Part shown: positions 1 to 8,962 of the stretch, piece by piece
Layout of the letters: each line of letters starts with the position of its first letter
Numbering within the stretch: position 1 is the stretch's first letter
Origin: a virus
DNA: 64,000 bases
IMG/VR virus record: IMGVR_UViG_3300045988_072432
Reading direction: 5' to 3' (one strand)
Notes under the pieces: model-generated
Seen by the model: only the letters and a program-made list of their open reading frames with translations
Databases searched by the model: none
What the model was told of the DNA's origin: nothing
Position numbers and translations under genes: made by a program

Positions 1-329
1 ATTTTTTTTTCTGTTAGTCTTATGACTGAATCTCCAATCTTCAATTCCGACTCATACAGTGGTAAGTAGGAATGTCCAATTGCATTAATAAATAGTTTCC
101 TGATATCACCCAAGTGTTGTGAGTAACTAGAATCAGTATAAGTTAGTACTCTAACCTGTAGCCCTGAACAGAAAGATAAATCAAAATATACCTTATATTC
201 ATTAGCCATTACCTGGATTGATTGTATATCTGATATCCATACCAGGGTAATACAGTTAAAAACATGGAGAGGAGTTTGTTCCTCTCCGATTATCTTATCA
301 ATGAATTTCTTATATAACTTAGTAATCAT
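1..329 (-). CDS. hypothetical protein, N-terminal fragment (ORF continues past left window edge)
   Basis: Own translation of minus strand from ATG at 329-327 (MITKLYKKFIDKIIGEEQTPLHVFNCITLVWISD...) stays open to position 1. Missing from the supplied track only because no stop lies in the window. The ATG overlaps the last 11 nt of the upstream 75-aa ORF. Confidence 0.35.
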   Translation of the reverse strand, partial: MITKLYKKFIDKIIGEEQTPLHVFNCITLVWISDIQSIQVMANEYKVYFDLSFCSGLQVRVLTYTDSSYSQHLGDIRKLFINAIGHSYLPLYESELKIGDSVIRLTEKK

Positions 330-546
330 AACTTTTGAGTGTTACATTTTGATATTTACAATGAGGACAAGTCCAATCCTTAGTATGCCAAGGACCTCTT
401 AAATCCTTTATATCGCTTTCCTTGAATTTCTTCTTGCAATGATGACATTTGTATTTATATACATCGTAATCATACTGAGATGAATAGAGATAAAGTATTC
501 CGATTATCACTCCCAGTACTGTTAGTATTAGTAGTAAGTATTCCAT
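319..546 (-). CDS. small membrane-anchored zinc-ribbon protein
   Basis: 75 aa. N-terminal hydrophobic helix (LLLILTVLGVIIGILYLY) followed by two CxxC pairs (CHHC ... CPHC). Confidence 0.5.
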   Translation of the reverse strand: MEYLLLILTVLGVIIGILYLYSSQYDYDVYKYKCHHCKKKFKESDIKDLRGPWHTKDWTCPHCKYQNVTLKSYDY

Positions 547-663
547 ATCTTTTAATTTAATGATTAATAATGCCCTATGTCCCTCTATTAGATTAATTAC
601 TTCCTCCTACCGGAAAAAGTAATTATCCATAGTACTTAATAGAACAGATTAAGTAAGGTATTC

Positions 664-2139
664 TCATAAAGAATGAATAGGATGATTCTTCCATATCTTC
701 TCTAACAGAATAACTTTCAATTCTTGTTTTTGATAATACTGCTTCCTATGTTTACCATGCCTATTAAGATAAGGACCTGGATAATGTAAGTCATCAAGGT
801 AAACCTTTTTCTTTGAGGAATCAGTTCTAACCAAACGACCAAGGAACTGAATAGATTTTTCTTGGCTATCCATACTGGCAGCATTAAGTAAATACCTAAG
901 CTTAGGAAAGTTTTTACCTCGAGCAATGATTGTGGTTGATACTAAGATATCAATCTTACCTTCCCTAAAATCCTTCATTATTTGTTGTCTTATCTTTGAA
1001 GGAGTATCTACATGCACACAGGCAATATTATATTTGCTTCCTAGTTTCTTTTTAAAGTATTTGCATAAATTCTCACAGTGTGCAATAAATTTACATACTA
1101 CGAGTGCAGGATATCTATCTTGTTTAAGATTCCATTTAAGTCGAGAATAAACCATTCTCTTTGCATACTTATTGAAGGTAATAGAATCATCATATACTTC
1201 CTTATAGGATACTTCTTCTGATTCCCAATTACCATACCAGGGTTTACTTGGTACCATCTTTACAATTGTACGAGTTGAATAACCTTTCTTAATAGAATCC
1301 TTAAGTTTAAACTCCGCAAGTACTTTACCAAAAAATACCTCAAGATTCATATTCTTTACTTTATCCTTGGCAAGCTTACTCATATAAATGGTACCAGATA
1401 ATCCTATACGAACTCTGGTATTAAATAAACGAGTAAGTACATTTTGATATTGCTTACTACCTGCTTGGTCAGCCTCATCTACCAAAACCATATCTACCTT
1501 TGCCAATTCATTTTGATAGAATCTCATGTTACGAGAAATAGATTGAACCATACCAATGGTAAAATTACTCCAATTTAATACTTTACCTTGAACAAATGTA
1601 ATCTGTTCTCCTGGTAGGTATTTCTTAAATTCATCTCTAGCTTGATTCAACCAGTCAGAGTCATTAGTTATTAGCAAAGTCTTTAACTGCTTCTTATAGG
1701 ATAAATAAAGAGACGACATGATAAGAGTTTTACCTGCATTAACGGTGTAATCTAAAACACCAATCTGAAAAGGTACCTTACCTACCTTGTTATTGATTAC
1801 TGCTTTAACAGCCTTCTCTTGTTCTGGTCTTAATTTATATTCTCCTATCTTCGTAACAACTTCATTGACTTTAGGTAAGGGTTGTCGCATATCTACAACT
1901 TTAGGTTTAATTCCATACTCAATACACTTTTCATATACTGCAGGAAGTAAACCTATTTTAAATTCACCATGCTTATTAACGTAATGAATTTTACCATCCC
2001 AGTTCTGCATACCTCTTTGCCTTGTACGTAAGTAGAAAGCATTTGGATGACGAATGGCAAACTCTGCATAGAGTTTCTGTGCGAACTTAAGAGGTAAGTC
2101 TAAACTACAAACATTACCGTTTTCTATCAATATTTTCAT
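664..2139 (-). CDS. SF2 DEAD-box type DNA helicase
   Basis: Motif I NAGKTL, motif II VLVDEADQ (literal DEAD), motif III SGT, motif VI QFLGRLVR, in canonical order. Lies in the replication module. Confidence 0.8.
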   Translation of the reverse strand: MKILIENGNVCSLDLPLKFAQKLYAEFAIRHPNAFYLRTRQRGMQNWDGKIHYVNKHGEFKIGLLPAVYEKCIEYGIKPKVVDMRQPLPKVNEVVTKIGEYKLRPEQEKAVKAVINNKVGKVPFQIGVLDYTVNAGKTLIMSSLYLSYKKQLKTLLITNDSDWLNQARDEFKKYLPGEQITFVQGKVLNWSNFTIGMVQSISRNMRFYQNELAKVDMVLVDEADQAGSKQYQNVLTRLFNTRVRIGLSGTIYMSKLAKDKVKNMNLEVFFGKVLAEFKLKDSIKKGYSTRTIVKMVPSKPWYGNWESEEVSYKEVYDDSITFNKYAKRMVYSRLKWNLKQDRYPALVVCKFIAHCENLCKYFKKKLGSKYNIACVHVDTPSKIRQQIMKDFREGKIDILVSTTIIARGKNFPKLRYLLNAASMDSQEKSIQFLGRLVRTDSSKKKVYLDDLHYPGPYLNRHGKHRKQYYQKQELKVILLEKIWKNHPIHSL

Positions 2140-2650
2140 CTCTATAAGATTTTTTATTAATAACTCTTCCTATTGTACCTACTGATACGCCTAACCTTTT
2201 AGCTATGTCCTTATAATATAGGCCTTTAGCCTTTAACTTAAATATAAGGATTAAATCTTTCTTAGATAACTTAGCTCTAGAAGCTTTACAAGAAGACCCT
2301 CTTAATTTACCATTTTTTCTAGCATCTTCCATATTTTGTTTTTGAGTGCCCCATCTAAGATTATCTACATGATTATTCAAAGGGTTATCATCTAAATGTC
2401 TTATAACTAGTTTAGTAGAAGAAGGCTTTGGTAAATAAACCAAAGCCACTAATCTATAAACCCTTTGAGATAAATGATTACCATGATTTGATAGGGTTAC
2501 AGCTGGATCTCCCTTTATTATACCTCCTCTAAGTAACTTCCAATTACCCGATTTTCTGGAATATACCTTACCATCCCTAGAAACATGATAATAAGGCCAA
2601 CCTGGTATATTATCTTTCATATTCCCATTCTGTATAATTATCCTACTCAT
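2114..2650 (-). CDS. free-standing HNH homing endonuclease (NUMOD4-like N-terminus, HNH_3-type core, C-terminal HTH)
   Basis: PGWPYYHVSRDGKVYS N-terminal motif, HLDDNPLNNHVDNLRWGTQKQN HNH core, C-terminal IAKRLGVSVGTIGRVI helix-turn-helix. Paralogue of 4435-4959 and 6029-6556. Confidence 0.8.
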   Translation of the reverse strand: MSRIIIQNGNMKDNIPGWPYYHVSRDGKVYSRKSGNWKLLRGGIIKGDPAVTLSNHGNHLSQRVYRLVALVYLPKPSSTKLVIRHLDDNPLNNHVDNLRWGTQKQNMEDARKNGKLRGSSCKASRAKLSKKDLILIFKLKAKGLYYKDIAKRLGVSVGTIGRVINKKSYRDENIDRKR

Positions 2651-3237
2651 TTGATAATTACAGTTACACCTTTCTTAGTAGAATCATCTACTCCCATAGC
2701 TTCCTTGATAAGCTTAATGTGATGTTCTTCATCGGCAATTAACTTATTCAACAAATACATCACGTCATCATAATCTGCCCGGTCATTGTATAAAGCTACG
2801 TTATTCATAATCTTCTTGTAATGACCGATAGTTTCTATCTCCGAATCTAATGCAATCTTCAAAGCACTCTCAGGAGAAAAACCTACCTCTACCTTTGGAT
2901 AAATATCCATAACTGAATTCTCTTCGTATGGGTCTGCCTTCTGTAAGAAATCAGATAATTTATCGTAGTGTCTCATCTCTACCAAACCAATACCCAACAT
3001 AAGTTCTGCAATAGGTTCAAATCTTGAAGACTGTTGAGTATACATTAAGATAGCACTAATCTCAGAGAAAGGTTTATCCTTCAGAGCATCCTTGAACATA
3101 TTAACAATATCCTCTGGCCAAGGTTCAATGTCCTTGAAATCAGGATAATCTATTGACTGGTCTGAATACTTGAGGACATCAATAAAAGCATTAGCTGCAT
3201 CCTCTACTCTGTTACCTAAAAATTTTAAAGCTTTCAT
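2647..3237 (-). CDS. ferritin-like di-metal carboxylate protein (rubrerythrin / Mn-catalase / CotJC-like pattern)
   Basis: Two E...ExxH half-sites: EISAILMY...LVEMRHYDKL and DSEIETIGHY...ADEEHHIKL. This spacing is typical of four-helix-bundle di-iron/di-manganese proteins. Confidence 0.5.
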   Translation of the reverse strand: MKALKFLGNRVEDAANAFIDVLKYSDQSIDYPDFKDIEPWPEDIVNMFKDALKDKPFSEISAILMYTQQSSRFEPIAELMLGIGLVEMRHYDKLSDFLQKADPYEENSVMDIYPKVEVGFSPESALKIALDSEIETIGHYKKIMNNVALYNDRADYDDVMYLLNKLIADEEHHIKLIKEAMGVDDSTKKGVTVIIK

Positions 3238-3249
3238 AACGTTACGTTT

Positions 3250-4071
3250 TTAATTATTAATCTTTTCCCAGAGAGAACCTTCAACTTCAGGTTCCTCTTC
3301 CAGGGATTTTTTGTTCTTATACTTATATAAATACTTATTGTATCTTTCGATTGCTTTATCCGTATACATCTGTGCAATATCTGGTAACCCATTACACCAT
3401 GCAAGAGATTCAAACTGAGCATCAATGAATGTCTTATAATCCCAACCTTCTTCTTTTAAGAATTCCCCTACCTTTGCAAAGTGTACATATTTCTCTGGTT
3501 TATTTTCATAAGATTCATATATACCAGTTGCCTTAGCAATCTTACCTATGAAATAATCATGTATCTCTTTAGTAAGCTTTGAATCAGAATATTGCAATTC
3601 TATTTCAGCATCTACTTGATTAGTAATGTTGTCCTGCATAGATATCAACCTTTGCATAACATTCCTATAATCAGTCATCCTCTTTAAGCCTGTCTCAATA
3701 TATTTAATAAAACCTTCCCGAGTATCAAATTTAAAATCCTCACAGAAGGTATTACATATCTCGGCAAGCTTTTTACAATTTGCCCATTCCCTTGTATTAC
3801 TTTCGTTTATTTTACGAACTCCTCTATGCTTTAACTTTATACGGGTTGCATATAAAATATCAGCAACTAAGGCAGCATCCCCTTTGGATGCTAGTAACAT
3901 GTTATTTACTTTCTTAGTTGTCCCTTTATTAGAAACAACTACTGCTCTAGTATTTATTGCCGATTTACGAGCAATAACAAAAAAAGCCTCAACTGGGAAG
4001 TTATCTACCTCTAAGGTATTTAATATTTCCTCAAATTGAGACTTAGTAATGTGAATACTGGGTTCTCTCAT
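3250..4071 (-). CDS. hypothetical protein (replication module)
   Basis: 273-aa ORF, start overlaps the stop of the upstream gene. No motif recognised. Confidence 0.55.
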   Translation of the reverse strand: MREPSIHITKSQFEEILNTLEVDNFPVEAFFVIARKSAINTRAVVVSNKGTTKKVNNMLLASKGDAALVADILYATRIKLKHRGVRKINESNTREWANCKKLAEICNTFCEDFKFDTREGFIKYIETGLKRMTDYRNVMQRLISMQDNITNQVDAEIELQYSDSKLTKEIHDYFIGKIAKATGIYESYENKPEKYVHFAKVGEFLKEEGWDYKTFIDAQFESLAWCNGLPDIAQMYTDKAIERYNKYLYKYKNKKSLEEEPEVEGSLWEKINN

Positions 4072-4394
4072 TTTACTCTATTACAAACTAAAACTCCATT
4101 AATACAACCCTCATTATCCTCTACCCAAGCTTTCTTACCAAAAAGATTTATACCTGGTGATTGGAACTGTACATAATATGAACCTCTACTTGTACCAACA
4201 TACCAATTTACATCTTCAGGTAAGTTTAAAGTATAATCTCTAACTTTACCATCAACCATCTCACATCTGAAAACCATATTCTTCCTTGGTTGGGGTTTTT
4301 CAAACCAACTTACAACTGGGAAGAAATATCCCATAATTAAAAGAGCAGCCAAAACTATTGAAGTCTTAACTACATAATCGATTATCTTCATCAT
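4068..4394 (-). CDS. hypothetical membrane-anchored protein
   Basis: 108 aa with N-terminal TM helix (VVKTSIVLAALLIMGYFFPVV). Confidence 0.5.
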   Translation of the reverse strand: MMKIIDYVVKTSIVLAALLIMGYFFPVVSWFEKPQPRKNMVFRCEMVDGKVRDYTLNLPEDVNWYVGTSRGSYYVQFQSPGINLFGKKAWVEDNEGCINGVLVCNRVK

Positions 4395-4434
4395 ATCATT
4401 AATATTTTAAGTTATATAATATAATAGGTAATCC

Positions 4435-4959
4435 TTACTCCAAAGAGTTTCGGAAACTAATAAATCTAGATATCACTTTAGGTTTAATGTTTACCTTAAT
4501 ACCTATATCTTTGTAATTAAAGCCTAACTGATATAATCTCAAAATTCTACGTTGCTTTCTCGGTTGATTACTTAAGATAGACCTTGGACTATTTAACCCT
4601 TTACCATGTTTAGGCATTATCCATCTACCTTTACTAATGGAGTCTCGAGTATTTTCTTTATATGTGCCCCACTTAAGGTTTGTAACTGTATTGTTAGAAC
4701 CCTTATCATCCAAGTGCATTACTACGGGTAAATTTTTAGGGTTAGGTATGTAAGCCATTGCTACTAATCTACTAACCAAAGTACTGTGAAGTCCAGTTGA
4801 ATTATGTAATACAATTCTTTCATGTCCCGTTTTAGTAATATAGGTTTTCCTTAATACCCACGGGCCTCTCTCATTAGAACCGCCCTGGATTAAACAACTA
4901 TATACTTTACCGTCTTTGGTAACGTGATATCCTGGAAAGTCAGTAATATTATCTTTCAT
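4435..4959 (-). CDS. free-standing HNH homing endonuclease
   Basis: FPGYHVTKDGKVYS, HLDDKGSNNTVTNLKWGTYKEN. 4-nt overlap with the primase stop. Paralogue of 2114-2650 and 6029-6556. Confidence 0.8.
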   Translation of the reverse strand: MKDNITDFPGYHVTKDGKVYSCLIQGGSNERGPWVLRKTYITKTGHERIVLHNSTGLHSTLVSRLVAMAYIPNPKNLPVVMHLDDKGSNNTVTNLKWGTYKENTRDSISKGRWIMPKHGKGLNSPRSILSNQPRKQRRILRLYQLGFNYKDIGIKVNIKPKVISRFISFRNSLE

Positions 4960-5906
4960 AACTTATTACGGATTTGAATTAAATCTTGATAACTTTGATA
5001 CCTTGTTTGATATACTAACCTAAGAGTTTCCTTTCTCCCTAAATCGTTTACATCTTTTCCTTCTGGTAAAAACACCACCTTGACTTTTTTATAGGCAACA
5101 AGTTTGAGCGCAAGATTGATTGCGTATTTCTTGGCGTCTGGGTCCAGCAATATAATAAATCTTTCGCATGAGGATTTAAGTAATTCATTGACTTGATATC
5201 CAGATATAGCTTTACCCATTGTGGCAATTCCTCTATCTCCAATAGTAAGGGCATTGAGTGCACCTTCACAGATGTATACCGACCTATACATCTCCAACGC
5301 ATCATAATTAAATATGATAAATTCTTTGCCAACTCCTGTGATATCTTTGTTAGGGTTGTTATACCGAGGACCTTGCCCGATAACATTTCTCGCGTTATAA
5401 TATCTAAGTTGTCCTCTGTAATAAAAGGGTATAATGAGGTACCCAAAGTAAGCCCCCTTTGTCGCATAGCCAATTCCATGCTTAGACAACTCAGAGATGA
5501 CAAAGCCACGGCTCTTGACATATCCTCTAATGCTTTTTGCAACTTGTGACTGGCCAAGGTTAAGGATTCTGAATCCTTCGGGTAGATACAAAGGCTTAGC
5601 TTCTGCAAGTTCAACCTTTTCTTCGTGAAATTCAAGCTCATCAAATTTTCCACTATTTAAGAAATTAATTAGTTCATGGTATGTATCGAATCCTTCTATA
5701 TCCATAACCAATTGAGAAGGATTCGGATGTTCATTACATCTAAAGCAATTGGTTCTATACATTGATAAGTTAACTCCCATTTTTAATTCCCTATGACAGT
5801 ATGGGCATACTGGGAGTTTCATCCAGCCTCTTCGATATTCAAAAGCACCTAACCTCTTAATAAAATAAGTCTTAAGTCTAGACTTAAACTGATTTGTTAT
5901 TTTCAT
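4956..5906 (-). CDS. DNA primase (zinc-ribbon + TOPRIM)
   Basis: CPYC...CFRC zinc ribbon, TOPRIM glutamate in VYICEGALNALT, DxD in ILLDPDAKK. Confidence 0.75.
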   Translation of the reverse strand: MKITNQFKSRLKTYFIKRLGAFEYRRGWMKLPVCPYCHRELKMGVNLSMYRTNCFRCNEHPNPSQLVMDIEGFDTYHELINFLNSGKFDELEFHEEKVELAEAKPLYLPEGFRILNLGQSQVAKSIRGYVKSRGFVISELSKHGIGYATKGAYFGYLIIPFYYRGQLRYYNARNVIGQGPRYNNPNKDITGVGKEFIIFNYDALEMYRSVYICEGALNALTIGDRGIATMGKAISGYQVNELLKSSCERFIILLDPDAKKYAINLALKLVAYKKVKVVFLPEGKDVNDLGRKETLRLVYQTRYQSYQDLIQIRNKL

Positions 5907-6081
5907 GGTTTCTAATTGCTTTACGAATTACTTTTCGTATTCTCTTTAAATCCTCAACATCTAGATTACTAATGGAAGTCGTTTGCCATCCATTATGAGA
6001 TATTTCTAAAGCTAATCCATCAGTCCATTTATCTTTTACTACTTTTACTTTCTTTGTTCTCATGTTTCTTATATTTTTCAA
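5884..6081 (-). CDS. small hypothetical protein
   Basis: 65-aa basic ORF bridging the HNH gene and the primase, overlapping both. Coding status uncertain. Confidence 0.3.
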   Translation of the reverse strand: MKNIRNMRTKKVKVVKDKWTDGLALEISHNGWQTTSISNLDVEDLKRIRKVIRKAIRNHENNKSV

Positions 6082-6556
6082 TAACCCCTTTACTTAGTTG
6101 TAAAGCTATTCGTATGTCTTTCCAAGAATAGCCTAAATCTCTAAGGAATTTAATACATTTCTTAACCATATCTTTGTGAAGACCGGTTCTTAATTTGTAC
6201 CTTGTAATATCTCCCATCTCATACCTACCTTCCCTATCTTTAACATTATCTTCTACTGAGCCCCAATAGAGGTTGTTTACTTTGTTATTTAAGGGATTAT
6301 TATCCTTGTGACATACTAAAGGCAAGTTATCTGGATTAGGTATATAAACCATGGCTACTAACCTATTAAGCCTCCTTTCGTATTTAATGCCATCTTTATA
6401 TAATCCAATCCTATAATATCCATTACCACTTAACCTTGGCTTAAGTTTAAAAGCTTCAGGTCTCTTACCACTTCTACATTTCATAGAATATACATCGCCA
6501 TCTTTAGTTACATGGTAACCTGGAAACCCTGGTACATTGTCTTTAAATTTACTCAT
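6029..6556 (-). CDS. free-standing HNH homing endonuclease
   Basis: PGFPGYHVTKDGDVYS, CHKDNNPLNNKVNNLYWGSVEDN. Third paralogue. Confidence 0.8.
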   Translation of the reverse strand: MSKFKDNVPGFPGYHVTKDGDVYSMKCRSGKRPEAFKLKPRLSGNGYYRIGLYKDGIKYERRLNRLVAMVYIPNPDNLPLVCHKDNNPLNNKVNNLYWGSVEDNVKDREGRYEMGDITRYKLRTGLHKDMVKKCIKFLRDLGYSWKDIRIALQLSKGVIEKYKKHENKESKSSKR

Positions 6557-6558
6557 AT

Positions 6559-7995
6559 CTATATATCTCCACTATTATTAGCCCTTTTCTTAGAATCCGC
6601 ATCTGGATTAGTGCTCTTCTTAAATTGTTCATCCAATTTTTTACCATATACCTCATCATATTGTTTACGTTGTTCTCTTGTAAATTCTGTACATCTTTGT
6701 CTTTCAACATCACATTTAAATAAGGCTCTACCTGAAGAAAGACCGTCCCTTTGTACTACCATCTCAACTCGAAGTATATTATCTTTCTCTTCTTGCTCGG
6801 TAGAATTAAGACCCACAATAACTTGAGCATTACGAACAATAGCAATTGAACCAGAGATATCATTTTCATCATATCTAGTAAGTCTATGCTTCTTACCTTC
6901 ACGAGTAATATGATGTGCAGTCCATATGATATCAAGATGTAACTCTTCTGCCAAGTTTTGCAAATCTACATATACATTAGAAATCCTTTCGAAATCCTCT
7001 CGGTCTCCAGCTATTGAGGCAAGCTTACCTGCATAATCTACCATTAATACTCTAATATCGATGCCTTGATTACGCAATTGAACTATTCTCTCTTTTATAT
7101 AAGTGGTATTGGTAATCATTGCAGGTACCCTCTCAACCACCAATTCAACACCAAATCTTGCAAGCTTTCTTAAATGTTTAGCTTCAAGTTTATCATACTC
7201 ACCCGAGTATAATTCCTTTTTGGTTTTATTGATACTAGATTGAATAAACCTGTCCATGATTTGATCTTTACCATTTTCTGTATCTACGTATAATACAGAC
7301 TTCTTCATTCGAAGATAACCTCGGGCAAGATTTACCATGAAGAAAGTTTTCTTTGCTTTAGGTTTATCCAATATTACATTAATAGAATGTTCGGGATAAC
7401 CTCCTGCATTAGTAAGGTCATTTAATTGCCTAAAGGGACAGGGTATTACCGAGGGTTCTGATTGTCTTTTAAACTGTCTCTCTGTAATATCTCGAATCAT
7501 GTATATAGGTTCGTCCTCTTTCTTTGGTTTACTTTTCTGAAGTACTTTTTCAATCTTCCTTGAATACTCTTCATATTGTTCGAAGTTATCTAAATCAAAA
7601 GAGTCATTCAGGTTCTTCATTTCAACATAGGTAGAGAACTGGTAAATTTTTTCCTTGATATAATCTGCATCCGATAAGGGAATGTGATATAAATTGCTTA
7701 TTAACTTATTGATATTAGGGATGTCATCCTTAGTTACCAAATCAATATATGCCTTTGATTCTAGCAATTCTTTTAATACTTCTTTTAATATATTCTCTGA
7801 AGGCATCTTACCTTGCTTCTTAAAGTATTTTGATATACCCTCAAATATAAGGGCATGCTCAATAAGAACCAGGTAATTAGCTTTAATCCTTTTTAGGACT
7901 AGACCTCCTTCCTTATCTCTTAAAACAAACCGTAGTATCTCAAGTTGGAAATCCGGTGTAAAACTAAATTTGATGTTGTCTTTAAATTTCTTCAT
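6559..7995 (-). CDS. replicative DNA helicase, DnaB / gp4-like RecA-fold
   Basis: Walker-A position DKPKAKKT, H1a-like VLYVDTENG, Walker B VLMVDYAGKL, H3-like IIWTAHHITREG, H4-like DISGSIAIVRNAQVIVGL, in DnaB-family order. Confidence 0.7.
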   Translation of the reverse strand: MKKFKDNIKFSFTPDFQLEILRFVLRDKEGGLVLKRIKANYLVLIEHALIFEGISKYFKKQGKMPSENILKEVLKELLESKAYIDLVTKDDIPNINKLISNLYHIPLSDADYIKEKIYQFSTYVEMKNLNDSFDLDNFEQYEEYSRKIEKVLQKSKPKKEDEPIYMIRDITERQFKRQSEPSVIPCPFRQLNDLTNAGGYPEHSINVILDKPKAKKTFFMVNLARGYLRMKKSVLYVDTENGKDQIMDRFIQSSINKTKKELYSGEYDKLEAKHLRKLARFGVELVVERVPAMITNTTYIKERIVQLRNQGIDIRVLMVDYAGKLASIAGDREDFERISNVYVDLQNLAEELHLDIIWTAHHITREGKKHRLTRYDENDISGSIAIVRNAQVIVGLNSTEQEEKDNILRVEMVVQRDGLSSGRALFKCDVERQRCTEFTREQRKQYDEVYGKKLDEQFKKSTNPDADSKKRANNSGDI

Positions 7996-8141
7996 ATCTA
8001 TATTGCAATATTATATAAACTAATAGATTTTGATAGTACCGAGATAGTTCTGAGTATGTTGACAACTAACTAGAAACTACTAATCCACTACCTTAAGCTC
8101 CCGAATATTTAATATTATTATTTTATATAAGAAAAAATACT

Positions 8142-8149
8142 TATATTTG
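8142..8149 (+). promoter_or_regulatory. Bacteroidota-type -7 promoter element TATATTTG (TAnnTTTG)
   Basis: TTATATTTGCA lies 21 nt upstream of the ATG at 8170. The same 11-mer core recurs at the other early promoters. Confidence 0.5.
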
Positions 8150-8169
8150 CATAACGAATATTTAAAAAC

Positions 8170-8823
8170 ATGGGAAAAAGTAAAGGAAATAATGGCTCAG
8201 AGCTTCATCGATTAAAACCTATGCAAGAATATGATGAAGCTACTTTCAATAGACTTTATAAAGTCTGTAAGCCAGTGATTAGGAATCTTACCAGACAGAT
8301 TGATTATAAAAGGTTTAATCTTACACCAGATATAATTCAGTCTTATTTCTGGGACAAAATGTTATTTGTTTTTAATAAATACTATGGTGAATGTACTGAA
8401 GAACATCTCAAAGCAAGGATTCTTGCTTCCTTGAGTACATTTAAGAATAAATTGCTTCGTTCTGCATACGGAGAACAAGCAGAGTATAATCAAAGCCTCT
8501 TTAAACTAGATGATTTATTCGATAATGACAAAGAACTAGAAGATGATAGTGAAGAAGAGAAAGCTAAATCCGAAATGATAGATATGATGTATACTTATAT
8601 GAAAAATAAACTTTCTCCGGATGCTTATCTTTTATTCGAAGTATTAATTACTCCTCCCCCCTTCATTAAAGAGAGACTCGGAAATAGTACAAGGATTACT
8701 AATATAATGCTCATAGAATTTTTCGAAATGCCTAAGACTAATGAATCCATGAGATATATTTCTGAACTTAGACAGGATATACAGTATTGGGAAGATAGAG
8801 CTAAAGAAGAACTTAGATATTAA
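8170..8823 (+). CDS. hypothetical protein, sigma-factor-like (region 2 / region 4-like segments)
   Basis: FNRLYKVCKPVIRNL...PDIIQSYFWDKMLFVFNKY...HLKARILASLSTFKNKLLRSAY resembles ECF sigma region 2. LSPDAYLLFEVLI...ITNIMLIEFFEMPKTNESMRYISELRQDI resembles region 4. It is the only plus-strand gene between two minus-strand blocks. Confidence 0.4.
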   Translation: MGKSKGNNGSELHRLKPMQEYDEATFNRLYKVCKPVIRNLTRQIDYKRFNLTPDIIQSYFWDKMLFVFNKYYGECTEEHLKARILASLSTFKNKLLRSAYGEQAEYNQSLFKLDDLFDNDKELEDDSEEEKAKSEMIDMMYTYMKNKLSPDAYLLFEVLITPPPFIKERLGNSTRITNIMLIEFFEMPKTNESMRYISELRQDIQYWEDRAKEELRY

Positions 8824-8832
8824 CACAAAAGA

Positions 8833-8858
8833 AAAGGGACGTTTCCCAACGTCCCTTT
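8833..8858. terminator. bidirectional hairpin between convergent genes
   Basis: AAAGGGACG (8833-8841) pairs with CGTCCCTTT (8850-8858). Confidence 0.6.
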
Positions 8859-8962
8859 CCGAGTGTTTACTCTAAACAAACTATGCAAAACAAAAACAAA
8901 ACAAGAGTTTACTTAGACAATACAAATAATACACATGAGTTATATTAACAACTAATTACGAC

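Noticed and set aside
595-624. Hairpin AATTACTT/AAGTAATT between the helicase gene and the 75-aa ORF as a terminator.
   Set aside because: The 8-bp stem is all A/T, the loop is 14 nt and there is no T-tract. It is too weak to call.
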